Positions 28,343 through 38,757 of a stretch of 64,000 nucleotides of DNA are shown here, piece by piece (positions within the stretch are counted from its first letter, which is position 1; every line of letters begins with the position of its first letter). Position numbers and translations under genes: made by a program. The notes below the pieces were generated by a model, which was given only the letters and a program-made list of their open reading frames with translations, was not told the origin of the DNA and searched no databases. Origin of the DNA: Syntrophales bacterium. GTDB taxonomy: Bacteria > Desulfobacterota > Syntrophia > Syntrophales > UBA2210. The stretch spans positions 2,722,542 to 2,786,541 of the forward strand of contig CAXXKT010000001.1 in NCBI GenBank assembly GCA_963662405.2, written 5' to 3'.

Positions 28343-29595
28343 AATTCGAATAACATTTCTTTTTTCATATTATTAATAATACCCGCAATTGCTCCTAAAA
28401 AAAGGAAACTGAATGAACGAAAAGTTATTGCATACATTTGACCTGAAATAGATAAAATTAAAGGGACTATTAATAAAGCAAGATATATCGGTTTCAGAAT
28501 TTGATATGTGTAATATGGTGGAAGAAATTTATTGTTTTTCTTATAAAAAACAAATGCTTTGTAGTAGATCAATAAATAAATCGTTAATCCAAATAGCCCA
28601 CTACCATGTGCTATTAAATTATAATCAATATGAATCTGTCTTGGCCCAAATGAACCATCGGCGTAATTACCAACCGAATTCATAAATTCCGTTCCGAAAA
28701 ATGAATTCAATGGATTTTCAAAACTGAGTAGACCTTTCCAAATAGATACTGTTTCCAAATATCTCATTTCCGTTTTGTAACTAACCGCAGTAAATCTCTC
28801 CGCCCTAATATTAATTTGATCATGAATTATATTTGCATAATTATAATAAACAATAACGAGTATTATACCAATAATGAAGAGGGGCAATAATATTTTTCTT
28901 TTTCGTGGCCAAAAAAATATTTCAATCAAAAAACCTGCTAGTACTGCAAGAATTGCAATCCTTGTCAAATTTAGAACAAGCATAACAAATAGAACTAGCC
29001 CCAAGATCATGTATATCGCATTCTTTTGTATATTATTGGTAAAACCCATTAGGAGTGGGAGTAAAAGCAAAACATATACACTTGAATTAAAAGAGTGTCC
29101 GGACAGACTACCAGCAGCTAATATTTGCTCATTGCCATAACTTCCACCTATACCAGAAACTGAACATATAATTGCATTAATTATCATAATAACCATTATA
29201 ATTATTATGGGTTTAGTTAATTTTTTTAAGTGAACTATGGTCTTGATAAGATAAAAGCCTAATGGATACATCAGAAGAGATGCGCATATTTGCAAATATA
29301 CCCGAAAAGATATGTAGAAAGATGAAGAAAAGAATACCAGTAAAAACGAATAAATAATATAAAAATAAATATATGAGCAAACTGAATTTTTCCGATAATA
29401 ATTTATAATAATATAAATCACAAATGAATAAATTGTAAGAGCTCTGACTATTGCTGAAATACCACCTTTGTCGAAAAATAAAGAAAATACATCAACTAAT
29501 ATATTAAATATTAAAATTACATAAATAAATTTTGCCACCCCATCTAAGGAATGGCTCCTGGCAATATTTGAGGGCCCTGATATAACCAATGACAT
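28339..29595 (-). CDS. wzy: Wzy-like polysaccharide polymerase
   Basis: About 11 TM helices, AT-rich, TRIAIL and IHIDY motifs, located inside the repeat-unit cluster. Confidence 0.7.
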   Translation of the reverse strand: MSLVISGPSNIARSHSLDGVAKFIYVILIFNILVDVFSLFFDKGGISAIVRALTIYSFVIYIIINYYRKNSVCSYIYFYIIYSFLLVFFSSSFYISFRVYLQICASLLMYPLGFYLIKTIVHLKKLTKPIIIIMVIMIINAIICSVSGIGGSYGNEQILAAGSLSGHSFNSSVYVLLLLPLLMGFTNNIQKNAIYMILGLVLFVMLVLNLTRIAILAVLAGFLIEIFFWPRKRKILLPLFIIGIILVIVYYNYANIIHDQINIRAERFTAVSYKTEMRYLETVSIWKGLLSFENPLNSFFGTEFMNSVGNYADGSFGPRQIHIDYNLIAHGSGLFGLTIYLLIYYKAFVFYKKNNKFLPPYYTYQILKPIYLALLIVPLILSISGQMYAITFRSFSFLFLGAIAGIINNMKKEMLFEL

Positions 29596-30621
29596 TTATT
29601 GATTCAATTCCATGTAAGAGTTAATTCGGCTCATTAATTTTGAAATAGCATCAATCACAATAACATTTTCGAATTGCGGTAAGTCGATTTTTGTTTTTAT
29701 TAGGGGATACAACCAAATATGCATATTATTATCCTTATTCAATAATGCGGCCGAATACCAACTAATTATCACTGAGTTTTTGAATTTATTTAGAAGTAAC
29801 TCAACGGGTACATTATCATTAATAATAGAAGCATTGTTTAATTTGTCTTTAATTCGAGTAGTTAATATCTCTCTGGGATGTGATTTGTAAAAAAGATTAA
29901 TATTGTTTTTTAAGCAATAATCTTGAAGTTTGATAAGTACTCTTTCCTCAACTTCTAAATTTCTTGAATTGATAACACCCTGAGATATAAACAAAATTGA
30001 ATTTGAAGGGAATGAGACATCATTAGGTAAGTTAAAAATACCTTCAATCTTAACAAGTACTCTGTTTTCTATTTCATATGTCAATTGGGAAATATTTGAC
30101 GAATTTATTTTCTTAAAATAACTGGGATGAGTTACATAAGTTTCATCGATTTTTGGATTTATTCCCCATTCTGAAAAGAATTCTAAATGCTTATATTTGT
30201 ATATGTATTTATATATTAGATATTTTATGTATTTTTTGACTTTTGGGAGAGGAGAGGTATAGGCATTTAAACCATCTTGAATTAAATATAACTTTGCATT
30301 ATTCGTCTTAGCTAAATTTATTATTATTGTATTTAAAAAGTCATTATCCAAAAAAAGATATACTTCTTTAGCGTTGGATAAAATAGGTGTAATTTTACTT
30401 TTGAAAAAAAAATATTCATTCCTATCATTACTTAAAAGAAAATTATTCAATGCAATGAAATTGGCATTAATATTAAATTTGAACTTGTTATTAAATCGAT
30501 TCCCTTGTTTGACAAGGACAAAAAAATAGTCATAACTATTTGAATAATTTCTAAAAAAGAAAATGAGCGAAACAAAGAGGTGAAACTCAGTATTTGCAAC
30601 AAAAACGATATTTTTTTTCAT
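29596..30621 (-). CDS. Putative nonulosonic-acid (sialyl-type) transferase
   Basis: IQDG (cf. D/E-D/E-G), YKSHPRE (HP motif), PVELL, SAAL. Adjacent to the NulO biosynthesis genes and wzx. Confidence 0.72.
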   Translation of the reverse strand: MKKNIVFVANTEFHLFVSLIFFFRNYSNSYDYFFVLVKQGNRFNNKFKFNINANFIALNNFLLSNDRNEYFFFKSKITPILSNAKEVYLFLDNDFLNTIIINLAKTNNAKLYLIQDGLNAYTSPLPKVKKYIKYLIYKYIYKYKHLEFFSEWGINPKIDETYVTHPSYFKKINSSNISQLTYEIENRVLVKIEGIFNLPNDVSFPSNSILFISQGVINSRNLEVEERVLIKLQDYCLKNNINLFYKSHPREILTTRIKDKLNNASIINDNVPVELLLNKFKNSVIISWYSAALLNKDNNMHIWLYPLIKTKIDLPQFENVIVIDAISKLMSRINSYMELNQ

Positions 30622-31880
30622 TTTTTTATTATTAATTCATAATAGCAAATTACATTTGCAGAAAAAAAGTAGAGAACACTTGCTATAAGTAGCCCGTAAG
30701 CAACGCCCAATAAAGGATTCATCAAAATAGCAAAAATACACAATGTCCCACCAAAAAGTATTAACTTGAGAATTGTCAATATAATTAGTGAATTCCAAGC
30801 TTTAATGCTATTTAACACATTTATCCCAACCAATGAACCAATGAAGGCAGAGGATAAAGATGTGATTTGAGCAGGATATAATCCCTCCATGTATTTTGGA
30901 AAAAATTCTCTAACCACCCAAGGAAGCAAAAAATATCCTCCAATCCCGATAGGAAGTAGAAATATTAGCAAATAAAAATTCGATTTCCACGTCATCTGCC
31001 ACAGTCTTTCCTTTTGGCCATGTTTTCCCCAATCAAATGACATCTGAGGGTATATATATTGACCTACGACCGAGGGCATCACTTTCATTGCAGAAATGAT
31101 TGCCAACGCAGGGGAAAATAAACCAACGCTTAACACACCCCCAAGAATTAATAGAATAAGACGTGGAAATGTATTAGTTAATCCTTGCAAGTATCCCATG
31201 GAAAACAAAGGTAATCCAACTTTTAACAGAGAATTGAGACTTTTCCTTTCTAACTTTGCCGTTACCCTTATGGGACGATAATGATGAAGGAGAAAGATAA
31301 GACTGATTGCAACCAGAAGACTGCGTACCAAAAGACCATAAAAGCCATATAAATAAATAAAAATAAGTGATAGGAAAATTATGGTTGTTTGTATAAAATA
31401 AATATTTGCAAGTTGATCAAAGGATTTACTAGAACGAAAGGTAACTTGAAGATAATTTTGGTAAAAATTGGTTACTGAAATTAATATTACAACAAAACCT
31501 GCTGATATATACCTAAAATCATTGCCATAAAAAAAGATAAAACAAAAAAGAACAAATATTCCAATAGACAAAGTAATCAATGCACAAACTTTGTTTACCC
31601 ACAAGGCGGTTGAAGCATATTTTTTTACGTTTTCCTCTAATCCCTTCCCAAATTGAAATGGGAGTTCGCGGTTTAATGCGTTAAAAACACCCAATTGAAT
31701 AAAAAAAATATATGATTGAAATATTATTAATGAGTTCCAGATTCCGATACTCTCCGGCTCTAACCAAGAGATGATTACAATACCTGTTGACATATTTGCT
31801 AATGTCATCAGTATTGAAGAAACAGTAAAAGCAAATGCAGTTTTGTTTTTGTTATAGGATTTTAATAGGTCTTTAATCAC
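30618..31880 (-). CDS. wzx: Wzx flippase
   Basis: About 12 TM helices, IQLGVFNALNRELP, VGQYIYPQMS. Confidence 0.8.
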   Translation of the reverse strand: MIKDLLKSYNKNKTAFAFTVSSILMTLANMSTGIVIISWLEPESIGIWNSLIIFQSYIFFIQLGVFNALNRELPFQFGKGLEENVKKYASTALWVNKVCALITLSIGIFVLFCFIFFYGNDFRYISAGFVVILISVTNFYQNYLQVTFRSSKSFDQLANIYFIQTTIIFLSLIFIYLYGFYGLLVRSLLVAISLIFLLHHYRPIRVTAKLERKSLNSLLKVGLPLFSMGYLQGLTNTFPRLILLILGGVLSVGLFSPALAIISAMKVMPSVVGQYIYPQMSFDWGKHGQKERLWQMTWKSNFYLLIFLLPIGIGGYFLLPWVVREFFPKYMEGLYPAQITSLSSAFIGSLVGINVLNSIKAWNSLIILTILKLILFGGTLCIFAILMNPLLGVAYGLLIASVLYFFSANVICYYELIIKK

Positions 31881-31893
31881 AGATAAAGTTACG

Positions 31894-32577
31894 TCATTTA
31901 ATGTTTTTCATAAGCTTATGAAAAACAATATTATGACCCTCTATATTTAGATGATACCCATCATCACTAATTCCCCCTAAATCACTATTATCATAAGGTT
32001 GTACCAAAGTAATATTTGTAAATTCTTTGCTTAGATGCCTATAAATCTCATTATATGTATTTATGCTATCGTTAATGTAAGGATTCTTATTGATAAAAAT
32101 ATCGGATACTGGCGCTATCATTATTACAATAATTTTCGTACCAATGGTATTTGCTCTTTGACAAAATTCTCTCAGATTGGCATAAAATCTGTCTGGCAAT
32201 ACATATGCGTTTCGGGGGTTTCTTGTATGATGAGTTTTTACGTATTTCATATACCAAGTCAGCACGCTTTTGCGCAGAATTATATTGACTATTTTCTCTA
32301 ATCTCTTTTTCATATATCTTGGGGCGCAATCAACAATACCAAGTTGCAATATAACTATGTCAGGCTTATAATTTTCCAAAAGGTCGGCGCCGTGTATTGG
32401 GTGCGATTGGCCACCTTCATTTACAAGGCGTTCTGTCGTTGAACCACGTTTTATTTTATCTATAAACTCCCATTCGGGTATCGCATCAATAAGCTTATAG
32501 ACCCACGTGTCTTCATAGGCTGTCCCTCGCCGCGGCATTGCGAGAGAATCCCCGATAATCATAACTCTTTTTTTCAT
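31894..32577 (-). CDS. SGNH/GDSL hydrolase-family protein
   Basis: IIGDSL, QLGIVD, DDGYHLN. Confidence 0.85.
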   Translation of the reverse strand: MKKRVMIIGDSLAMPRRGTAYEDTWVYKLIDAIPEWEFIDKIKRGSTTERLVNEGGQSHPIHGADLLENYKPDIVILQLGIVDCAPRYMKKRLEKIVNIILRKSVLTWYMKYVKTHHTRNPRNAYVLPDRFYANLREFCQRANTIGTKIIVIMIAPVSDIFINKNPYINDSINTYNEIYRHLSKEFTNITLVQPYDNSDLGGISDDGYHLNIEGHNIVFHKLMKNIK

Positions 32578-32626
32578 AACAGTTTTCTATTTCATGATCT
32601 TCATATAGGCGTACTGCCCACTCTTG

Positions 32627-33424
32627 CTAACTTCCCAACATATTCAATATGTTAGAATGGTTCTTTTTGTAAAATTCCCTAATCATTTGAGAGTCTTGAT
32701 CATCAACGGATCGCTGAACAATTTTTTGATTGGAAACAAATAACTTATTTCTTGATATACAGTCAGCTATTTCATACAGGCAGGGAACATAGTCTGAAGG
32801 AAACAACTGATACAATTTTAGGAACTCCTGGTAATCTAGCATTTCGTCCATGGTCAAGCGAAAGTTTTTATCGAAAAGATTTTGAAGATGAATCGGTGGC
32901 TCCAGTCTTTTGACATTGAAATATTTTGGTTGCTTTACCCATCCTCCCCATATCTCGGTATTGCTCTCGGCTTTAAATGCATAGATAATCTCCAACATCC
33001 TGGCTCTAACAACATACAAATTGCCACCAATTGGCAAATTATCATAATATGCAAAATCAGTATCCGGATTTTGCTGCACCCAATCGACCAATAGTGATCC
33101 CTGTTCAAAAGAAAATAGTGGGTTATCAGCAGTGATCCCGACAAAATAATCCATTCGAAACAGACGCGCTGCATCATGTAAACGTTTCAAAACGTCATTG
33201 GGATGCCCAGCAAAGGCGTAAGCACCTTCCTGTTTTGCAATCTGCACCAGCGGAAAATCTTGTGGGTCTAGGGAAGTACATACCACAATATCGCTAATGC
33301 CATGTATTTTACGAGCACGATCTATCACCCTTTGGATGGTGGATCGACCATTAAGATCGAGCAAGACTTTCATCGGCAACCGTGTTGATTTTAGCCTAGC
33401 AGTAATTAAAAACCCGACATTCAT
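32627..33424 (-). CDS. Cytidylyltransferase (SpsF/CMP-nonulosonate synthetase-like)
   Basis: ARLKSTRLPMK, DVLKRL, ITADNP, RLTMDE. Confidence 0.85.
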   Translation of the reverse strand: MNVGFLITARLKSTRLPMKVLLDLNGRSTIQRVIDRARKIHGISDIVVCTSLDPQDFPLVQIAKQEGAYAFAGHPNDVLKRLHDAARLFRMDYFVGITADNPLFSFEQGSLLVDWVQQNPDTDFAYYDNLPIGGNLYVVRARMLEIIYAFKAESNTEIWGGWVKQPKYFNVKRLEPPIHLQNLFDKNFRLTMDEMLDYQEFLKLYQLFPSDYVPCLYEIADCISRNKLFVSNQKIVQRSVDDQDSQMIREFYKKNHSNILNMLGS

Positions 33425-33433
33425 CTCTCACTC

Positions 33434-34438
33434 CTAGTCATCTATTTTTAACATTTCGCGGGTAATGATCGAACCTACGCTGACATTGCGCGTAAATCGG
33501 TATCGTCCAACTTTGCCGAGCATGATCGGCAACAGATCCGATACTTGCGCGGTACGTTTAAAACAAATATAGTCCCAATCAAGCTTCTCTCCGGATTGGA
33601 AATTACGAGTTGCAATCATTGCTCTTCGCATCGGACCAATTCGGCTATATTGGTTTTCTCCTTCGTTTTGTACCAATAGTCCGTCACCTTCAACTAGTTC
33701 AGCCAAATCAAGCCATCGTCTTAACTGATCTAACTGTTCGATAGAAATTGCGGCCTCATAATCTAGCCTTTTTTCACCTGGCCGATGGGTAGCGTGTTTT
33801 TCAAGATATGTTTTGTCCATTCCTCCCAATAAAGAAATTAAAATATTGTCCGGATGGTTCCATTCTGTGTGATCTGCATATCCATAACTCGATTTTGGGA
33901 AAAGATTCATTAGACGCCGTTGCTTGGCCAAATCAACATGACCCGGTATAGTTGGATAATTTTGAATGCCAAACATTAGCACTAGATTCTGAGCATACCT
34001 CTGATACAGGGCGTCCACTTCTTCAATGGGAATCGCTCCTACACCAATTAACATTGCTTTACCGGCACAAAATGCATTTTCAGCAAGATATTTAAGCAAA
34101 TGGACATCATGTACGGCTACAGCATGCAATTCGAGGGCTGTGGTTTCATGAGCTAATGCAAACTCAATGCTTTTTTTGTCGTTGCACAAAGCTATCAGCT
34201 CCTTGCCGGAACTTATCACTTTTTGTGTAACTTTTTCCCAGCATCTTTCAGAAAGCAGCATTTCTTTCGCTTTATTGTATGATGGATGATCCGGGTGCAT
34301 ATATTCATCTATGTCAAGGCTGATGTGTATTTTTATACAATCAGCCCGTGAAACACATAAATGTTCTACGAGATCTAGCATGAATTTTTCATCACCTTGA
34401 TGATGCCAAGCTGTTTCGGCTATAAGCAGCTTTTTCAT
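33434..34438 (-). CDS. Divergent NeuB-family protein (second paralog) with C-terminal SAF domain
   Basis: IAETAWHHQG, NYP, GYADHT, LEKHAT, SAF-like tail. Several canonical residues are replaced. ATG 34438 preferred over 34456. Confidence 0.8.
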   Translation of the reverse strand: MKKLLIAETAWHHQGDEKFMLDLVEHLCVSRADCIKIHISLDIDEYMHPDHPSYNKAKEMLLSERCWEKVTQKVISSGKELIALCNDKKSIEFALAHETTALELHAVAVHDVHLLKYLAENAFCAGKAMLIGVGAIPIEEVDALYQRYAQNLVLMFGIQNYPTIPGHVDLAKQRRLMNLFPKSSYGYADHTEWNHPDNILISLLGGMDKTYLEKHATHRPGEKRLDYEAAISIEQLDQLRRWLDLAELVEGDGLLVQNEGENQYSRIGPMRRAMIATRNFQSGEKLDWDYICFKRTAQVSDLLPIMLGKVGRYRFTRNVSVGSIITREMLKIDD

Positions 34439-34577
34439 ATAAGCTCTCCAAACCAATAAGATGATATGAATATTTTAGATATAGAATTGCGTATGGTTTG
34501 CAGACAATCACAGCAGTTATAGACACTCCAATATACTGCTAATTTCTGCCTATTCACCGCGTAATTTACGTCACAAC

Positions 34578-35633
34578 TCATTTCTGTAATCTTTTTATAG
34601 CTTCTCCGTATTTCTCCCATTCCCCAACATCCATCCATGCATTCTCACTTATAGGATATACCGTAACGCGTCCGTTGCCACCTTTTATGTCATTAATAAG
34701 TTGGGTCATATGGTAGCTTTGTCCCTCTGGAATTATGCTCAATACGACCGAATCAATTACGTACATCCCTGTATTAACAAGGAAGCTAACGCACGGTTTT
34801 TCCTTAATTAATTTAAGCAATCCTCCGCTTTCGATTTCACAGATCCCGTAGGGAATATCGTAGTTTTTTACCGAGGCGACGATGGTAATATTGCTCTTGC
34901 TTTTCTTGTGATATTTTAAAATCTTTCCGTAGTCTTCCTGAATAAGAACATCTGAATTGGATACAAAGATAGGACCGGCGATATTCTCCGGCAAATATTT
35001 TAACCCTCCTGCCGTACCCAAGGGGATGTCTTCGTCGATGTATTTGACATTATATTGCTTTTTAAACTCTTCAAAATATGCCTTGATCATTTTTGATTTG
35101 TGGTTCAGCGTAACATAAAATTCTTTCGTCCCGTGTTCATGGAATTTATCCATTATTAGCTCAATAATGGGTTTATCACCTATGGGAATCAGTGGCTTAG
35201 GCAATATTCTTGTAAAAGGATCTAAACGTGTTCCTTTACCGCCTGCCATTATAACAACAGGGGCACGTAGTTTTGAAAATACCTTTTTCTTAGAGTTTCC
35301 GAATGCCTTATCCCAAGTTATATAATCTACAACTTGGCGATCTTGATTTATGATTGGAATTAGCGTGATTTTACTTTCTATAAAAATTTTTTTGACTATA
35401 TCTAGATCCATACTATTCTTGAATACAAAAATTGGATTTTTATTGTATATATTCTCAACCGTTGCCGACAGGTCTTGTGTTTTCAGGATGTGGCGTCTAA
35501 TATCACCATCTGTTAACGTGCCCAGAAGTTTCTGCTCATGATCAATTATCAAGAGAACTTTTTCTGCCGTTTTGTTCAATGTTTCCATTGCACTTTTCAT
35601 ATTTGTTGCTGGCTGCACCAATAAATTCTTCAT
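34578..35633 (-). CDS. CBS-pair + nucleotidyltransferase (PtmE/LegX-like sugar-1-phosphate guanylyltransferase)
   Basis: LGTLTDGDIRR (CBS), MAGGKGTRL, PKPL, PLGTAGGL. Confidence 0.88.
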   Translation of the reverse strand: MKNLLVQPATNMKSAMETLNKTAEKVLLIIDHEQKLLGTLTDGDIRRHILKTQDLSATVENIYNKNPIFVFKNSMDLDIVKKIFIESKITLIPIINQDRQVVDYITWDKAFGNSKKKVFSKLRAPVVIMAGGKGTRLDPFTRILPKPLIPIGDKPIIELIMDKFHEHGTKEFYVTLNHKSKMIKAYFEEFKKQYNVKYIDEDIPLGTAGGLKYLPENIAGPIFVSNSDVLIQEDYGKILKYHKKSKSNITIVASVKNYDIPYGICEIESGGLLKLIKEKPCVSFLVNTGMYVIDSVVLSIIPEGQSYHMTQLINDIKGGNGRVTVYPISENAWMDVGEWEKYGEAIKRLQK

Positions 35634-35654
35634 GTCAACATCCTGGTATTAGTC

Positions 35655-36797
35655 TCAGTTGTGAATTCTTCCTATGCACTGGTGCTTACTGTTTTCATGT
35701 AAAAACCTGATTATAGCCTTGGAAATGCGTGCCACAGCTTTTCCATCGCCATAAAGATTATTGCACCGCGCTTCAGGCCAGGAACTAGTAAACCCTTCTC
35801 TAAGGGCAGCTTCCAAAGCGGTTGTTGTGGGTTCCACATCTTTGATTCCGACATCTTTATCGCGACCCTGCTGACGTGTTCCAATATTGATTACCGGTTT
35901 ATGAAAATACGGTGCTTCCATAATTCCGCTGCTTGAGTTCCCGATTACGAACGTGCAATCTCTTAATGCAGCATAATATCCTTCAATGCCTAAGTTTTTT
36001 TGTATATAAACCCCTGAGCGGTTAGCGTTCTTCTCTATTACTTCAATAATGAGATCAGCGCCAGTGTCATTATTGGGATAAGTCAACAGCACATCAACTG
36101 AATTAGATAATATGCAATCAATTGCATATTGCATCAAATCAGAAATTGGTTCATGAAGAGTTGTCACCGGGTGAAATGTCATCAATGCAAATTTTCGATT
36201 CCTGAGTTCTCGAATGATGCTGGAAATTGAAATACTGGTCTGTTGAAATTTTATTATTGCATCCACAGTCGGTGAACCAGACAGTATCACGGTATTCATA
36301 TCGACAAGTGGACATCGTATTAACCGTTCCCATGCTGTCTTTGATGTTGCGAAATGCAACGAGGCAATGTTGGTGATATTGAATCGATACACATTGTCAA
36401 CAGCCCCCATTGTGAGGTTTCCGCCTCCACTGTGTATGACAGGCAACTTCAAAAAATGTGCTGCCAAGGCTGCGCTATAAGCCTCGATACGGTCCCCGAT
36501 TACAAAAACAGCGTCCGGTTTTTGCCTTTCGAGGGTTTCATATATCTTTGTGAGGGAGCGGGCAAACTCAACTGCTTTGGGTTCTCCGTCCTCCGTGTAT
36601 GTATGTATGACTTCCGGGATGAGGAAATCACCCTGTATGATTTCATTCATGGTGTTTCCGAAGCGATCCAGCAGGTGCATGCCATTGGGGTATATCTCGA
36701 TATCAACATCTTCAACGTCTTGCAAACGCCTCAACAAAGGACGGGCCATGCCATATTCGGAACGTGCCCCTGTCATAAAGGCTAGTCGGTATCCCAC
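35655..36797 (-). CDS. legG: Hydrolysing NDP-sugar 2-epimerase (NeuC/LegG-like)
   Basis: TGARSEYG, GMHL, GDRIE, TFHPVT, YPNND, GNSSSG, GTRQQGR, YGDG. Confidence 0.85.
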   Translation of the reverse strand: MGYRLAFMTGARSEYGMARPLLRRLQDVEDVDIEIYPNGMHLLDRFGNTMNEIIQGDFLIPEVIHTYTEDGEPKAVEFARSLTKIYETLERQKPDAVFVIGDRIEAYSAALAAHFLKLPVIHSGGGNLTMGAVDNVYRFNITNIASLHFATSKTAWERLIRCPLVDMNTVILSGSPTVDAIIKFQQTSISISSIIRELRNRKFALMTFHPVTTLHEPISDLMQYAIDCILSNSVDVLLTYPNNDTGADLIIEVIEKNANRSGVYIQKNLGIEGYYAALRDCTFVIGNSSSGIMEAPYFHKPVINIGTRQQGRDKDVGIKDVEPTTTALEAALREGFTSSWPEARCNNLYGDGKAVARISKAIIRFLHENSKHQCIGRIHN

Positions 36798-37801
36798 TGC
36801 AAATGCTCTCTACGTATAATCCGGTTTGATTCAATTCGTTTTTTCACGACCCGACCTAACACATTTTCCAGTTCGGTGGGAAGGAACCCGGTTCCGGGGC
36901 GCTTAAAACAGATGTCTTCACCTTTCAAAATTTCTCCCGGTTGTATGTTTCTGGTGGCAACGATGCTCTTCCGCGCTACTCTCGCGATTTCTTCTTCTTC
37001 GGAAGAAAACGATTTTTCGGAAACACCAAGGCATTCTTCGACACGGCGTATACTTTTCACTAATGAGGTAAATTCGGAAATGGTCGCCGATGCCTTATGA
37101 TCAGGGCCGGGGAGGTTTTTGTCAAGGGTGACGTGCTTTTCAATAATCGTAGCTCCAAGCGCAACCGCGGCAATAGCTGCTTCTGGACCAAGAACATGAT
37201 CTGAATATCCAATTTTACGATTAAATCGGCGTGAGAGTTCCATCATGACACGAAGATTTACTTTTATTGCTGCTGCGGGATAGCTGCTAACGCAGTGCAG
37301 CAAAGTAACATCATTTTTATGCAGAGGATCCAAACGTGAAAGAGCCACTTCGATTTCATTATAAGTTGCCATTCCCGTCGACATCATGATCGGTTGTTCT
37401 TTTTTTGCCAGATAATCCATCATGTCGAATGAAAATATCTCTCCTGATGCTATTTTGAATCGTTGCACATTAATTTCTTCATCAAGAAAAATAAGACTTT
37501 CCAAATCAAAAGCGGTGCAAAGATACTCAACGCCCTTTTGTTGGCACAGCTCTGCCAACTCTATATGAACGCTTCTCGTAAGCTGTCGTCTTTTGGCTGC
37601 CTCAATAACTTCCACAGCGTTATCATTGTGAAGTTGATATTGTGCCTTAAAAGCATCAAGAGAATACGTTTTTTCCGGATTTCCGAGCTGAAATTTTATT
37701 GCATCAACCCCAGTATCCGCAAGCAGTTCCACATAGGTTCGTGCCAATTTGGGTGAGCCATTGTGGTTGGGGCCGACTTCAGCAACAATAAACACACTCA
37801 C
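36782..37801 (-). CDS. legI: Nonulosonic acid synthase (NeuB/LegI-like)
   Basis: AEVGPNHNG, IKFQ, KIASGE, STGMA, LHCVSSYP, GYSDH, IEKH, GPDH, SAF domain. Confidence 0.9.
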   Translation of the reverse strand: MSVFIVAEVGPNHNGSPKLARTYVELLADTGVDAIKFQLGNPEKTYSLDAFKAQYQLHNDNAVEVIEAAKRRQLTRSVHIELAELCQQKGVEYLCTAFDLESLIFLDEEINVQRFKIASGEIFSFDMMDYLAKKEQPIMMSTGMATYNEIEVALSRLDPLHKNDVTLLHCVSSYPAAAIKVNLRVMMELSRRFNRKIGYSDHVLGPEAAIAAVALGATIIEKHVTLDKNLPGPDHKASATISEFTSLVKSIRRVEECLGVSEKSFSSEEEEIARVARKSIVATRNIQPGEILKGEDICFKRPGTGFLPTELENVLGRVVKKRIESNRIIRREHLQWDTD

Positions 37802-38757
37802 TGGTCCACCTCATACGTAAAAAGATGCACCCCTTTCATGCCAATAATTGTTTTTCCTATAGATGGCAGTGCAACTTGTTGTCCATGGTATTGAGACAGG
37901 AGGCAGCTCAGGTAATTGAAACCAGCGGCATGGGTAAAAGGATATCCCCCCCCGAATCTGGGGTTGAAATCAATGAAAAATATGTTTCCGGTGTGGTCCA
38001 CAATAAAATCCACGTCCATGTTCCCGACATGATGAAAGGCGCCACTAATTATCGGTCCCCATTCAAGTAGTTCCTGATCGTATATTACCTCGGCCTTGTC
38101 GGTTTCACCGGCCCTCATCAAGAGCTTTCTGCGAAGGCAGCAATGGATAAATTCTCCACGCAACCCGTTGAGAACATCCATCCCATACTCTACCCCTATG
38201 ATGTGTTCCTGAAGGAGGAAGCCTGGTGGTACCTGTGAGGGAATAGCGTCCGGCGTATCAATGTGCTGAAGCCCGACGCTTCCGCTACCAAGTGGCTTCT
38301 TCATTATGAGGGGAGGTCGTGCCTCACCGGTTGCCTCTCCCGGATACCATGACCGAGGCACGTGCAAAGCATGCTCATCACAGAAAGCATGGCAGCGTTG
38401 CTTGTTAAGGCATGTATCAATTATATCAGGGGATGCTACTATTACGGTAATGCCATTTGCTGCAAATCGATCCTTCCACTTTGCAAGAACCGGTAGCTCA
38501 TAATCCATAAGCGGTATAACCACTTCGATCCCATAATCGAGACACTTCTTTAGTAATGCGCCGGCGTATTTCTCAGGATCGTCACTTACATGGGGCGTTA
38601 CAAAACGTTTTACCTCTTGGGCAACCCACATTGCCGCAGTATCTTTGCTGGTATCGCACACAAATACATCGAGATCAGTGATACCCTGCCGTTTAATATC
38701 CAAGGCGTACTCTATTAAGTAAGTTCGCCTTCCCGCGTTTGTAAACAATAGTTTCAT
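37798..38757 (-). CDS. ATP-grasp ligase (CarB-like, polysaccharide-cluster type)
   Basis: AGRRTYL, KKPLGSGSVG, LQEHIIGVEY, MRAGETDK, DFNPRFGGGYP. Confidence 0.88.
   Translation of the reverse strand: MKLLFTNAGRRTYLIEYALDIKRQGITDLDVFVCDTSKDTAAMWVAQEVKRFVTPHVSDDPEKYAGALLKKCLDYGIEVVIPLMDYELPVLAKWKDRFAANGITVIVASPDIIDTCLNKQRCHAFCDEHALHVPRSWYPGEATGEARPPLIMKKPLGSGSVGLQHIDTPDAIPSQVPPGFLLQEHIIGVEYGMDVLNGLRGEFIHCCLRRKLLMRAGETDKAEVIYDQELLEWGPIISGAFHHVGNMDVDFIVDHTGNIFFIDFNPRFGGGYPFTHAAGFNYLSCLLSQYHGQQVALPSIGKTIIGMKGVHLFTYEVDQ

Noticed and set aside
37946..37953. G8 tract in the ATP-grasp gene as a phase-variation switch
   Set aside because: It encodes the conserved FGGGY motif, is short and in frame, and there is no evidence of slippage.
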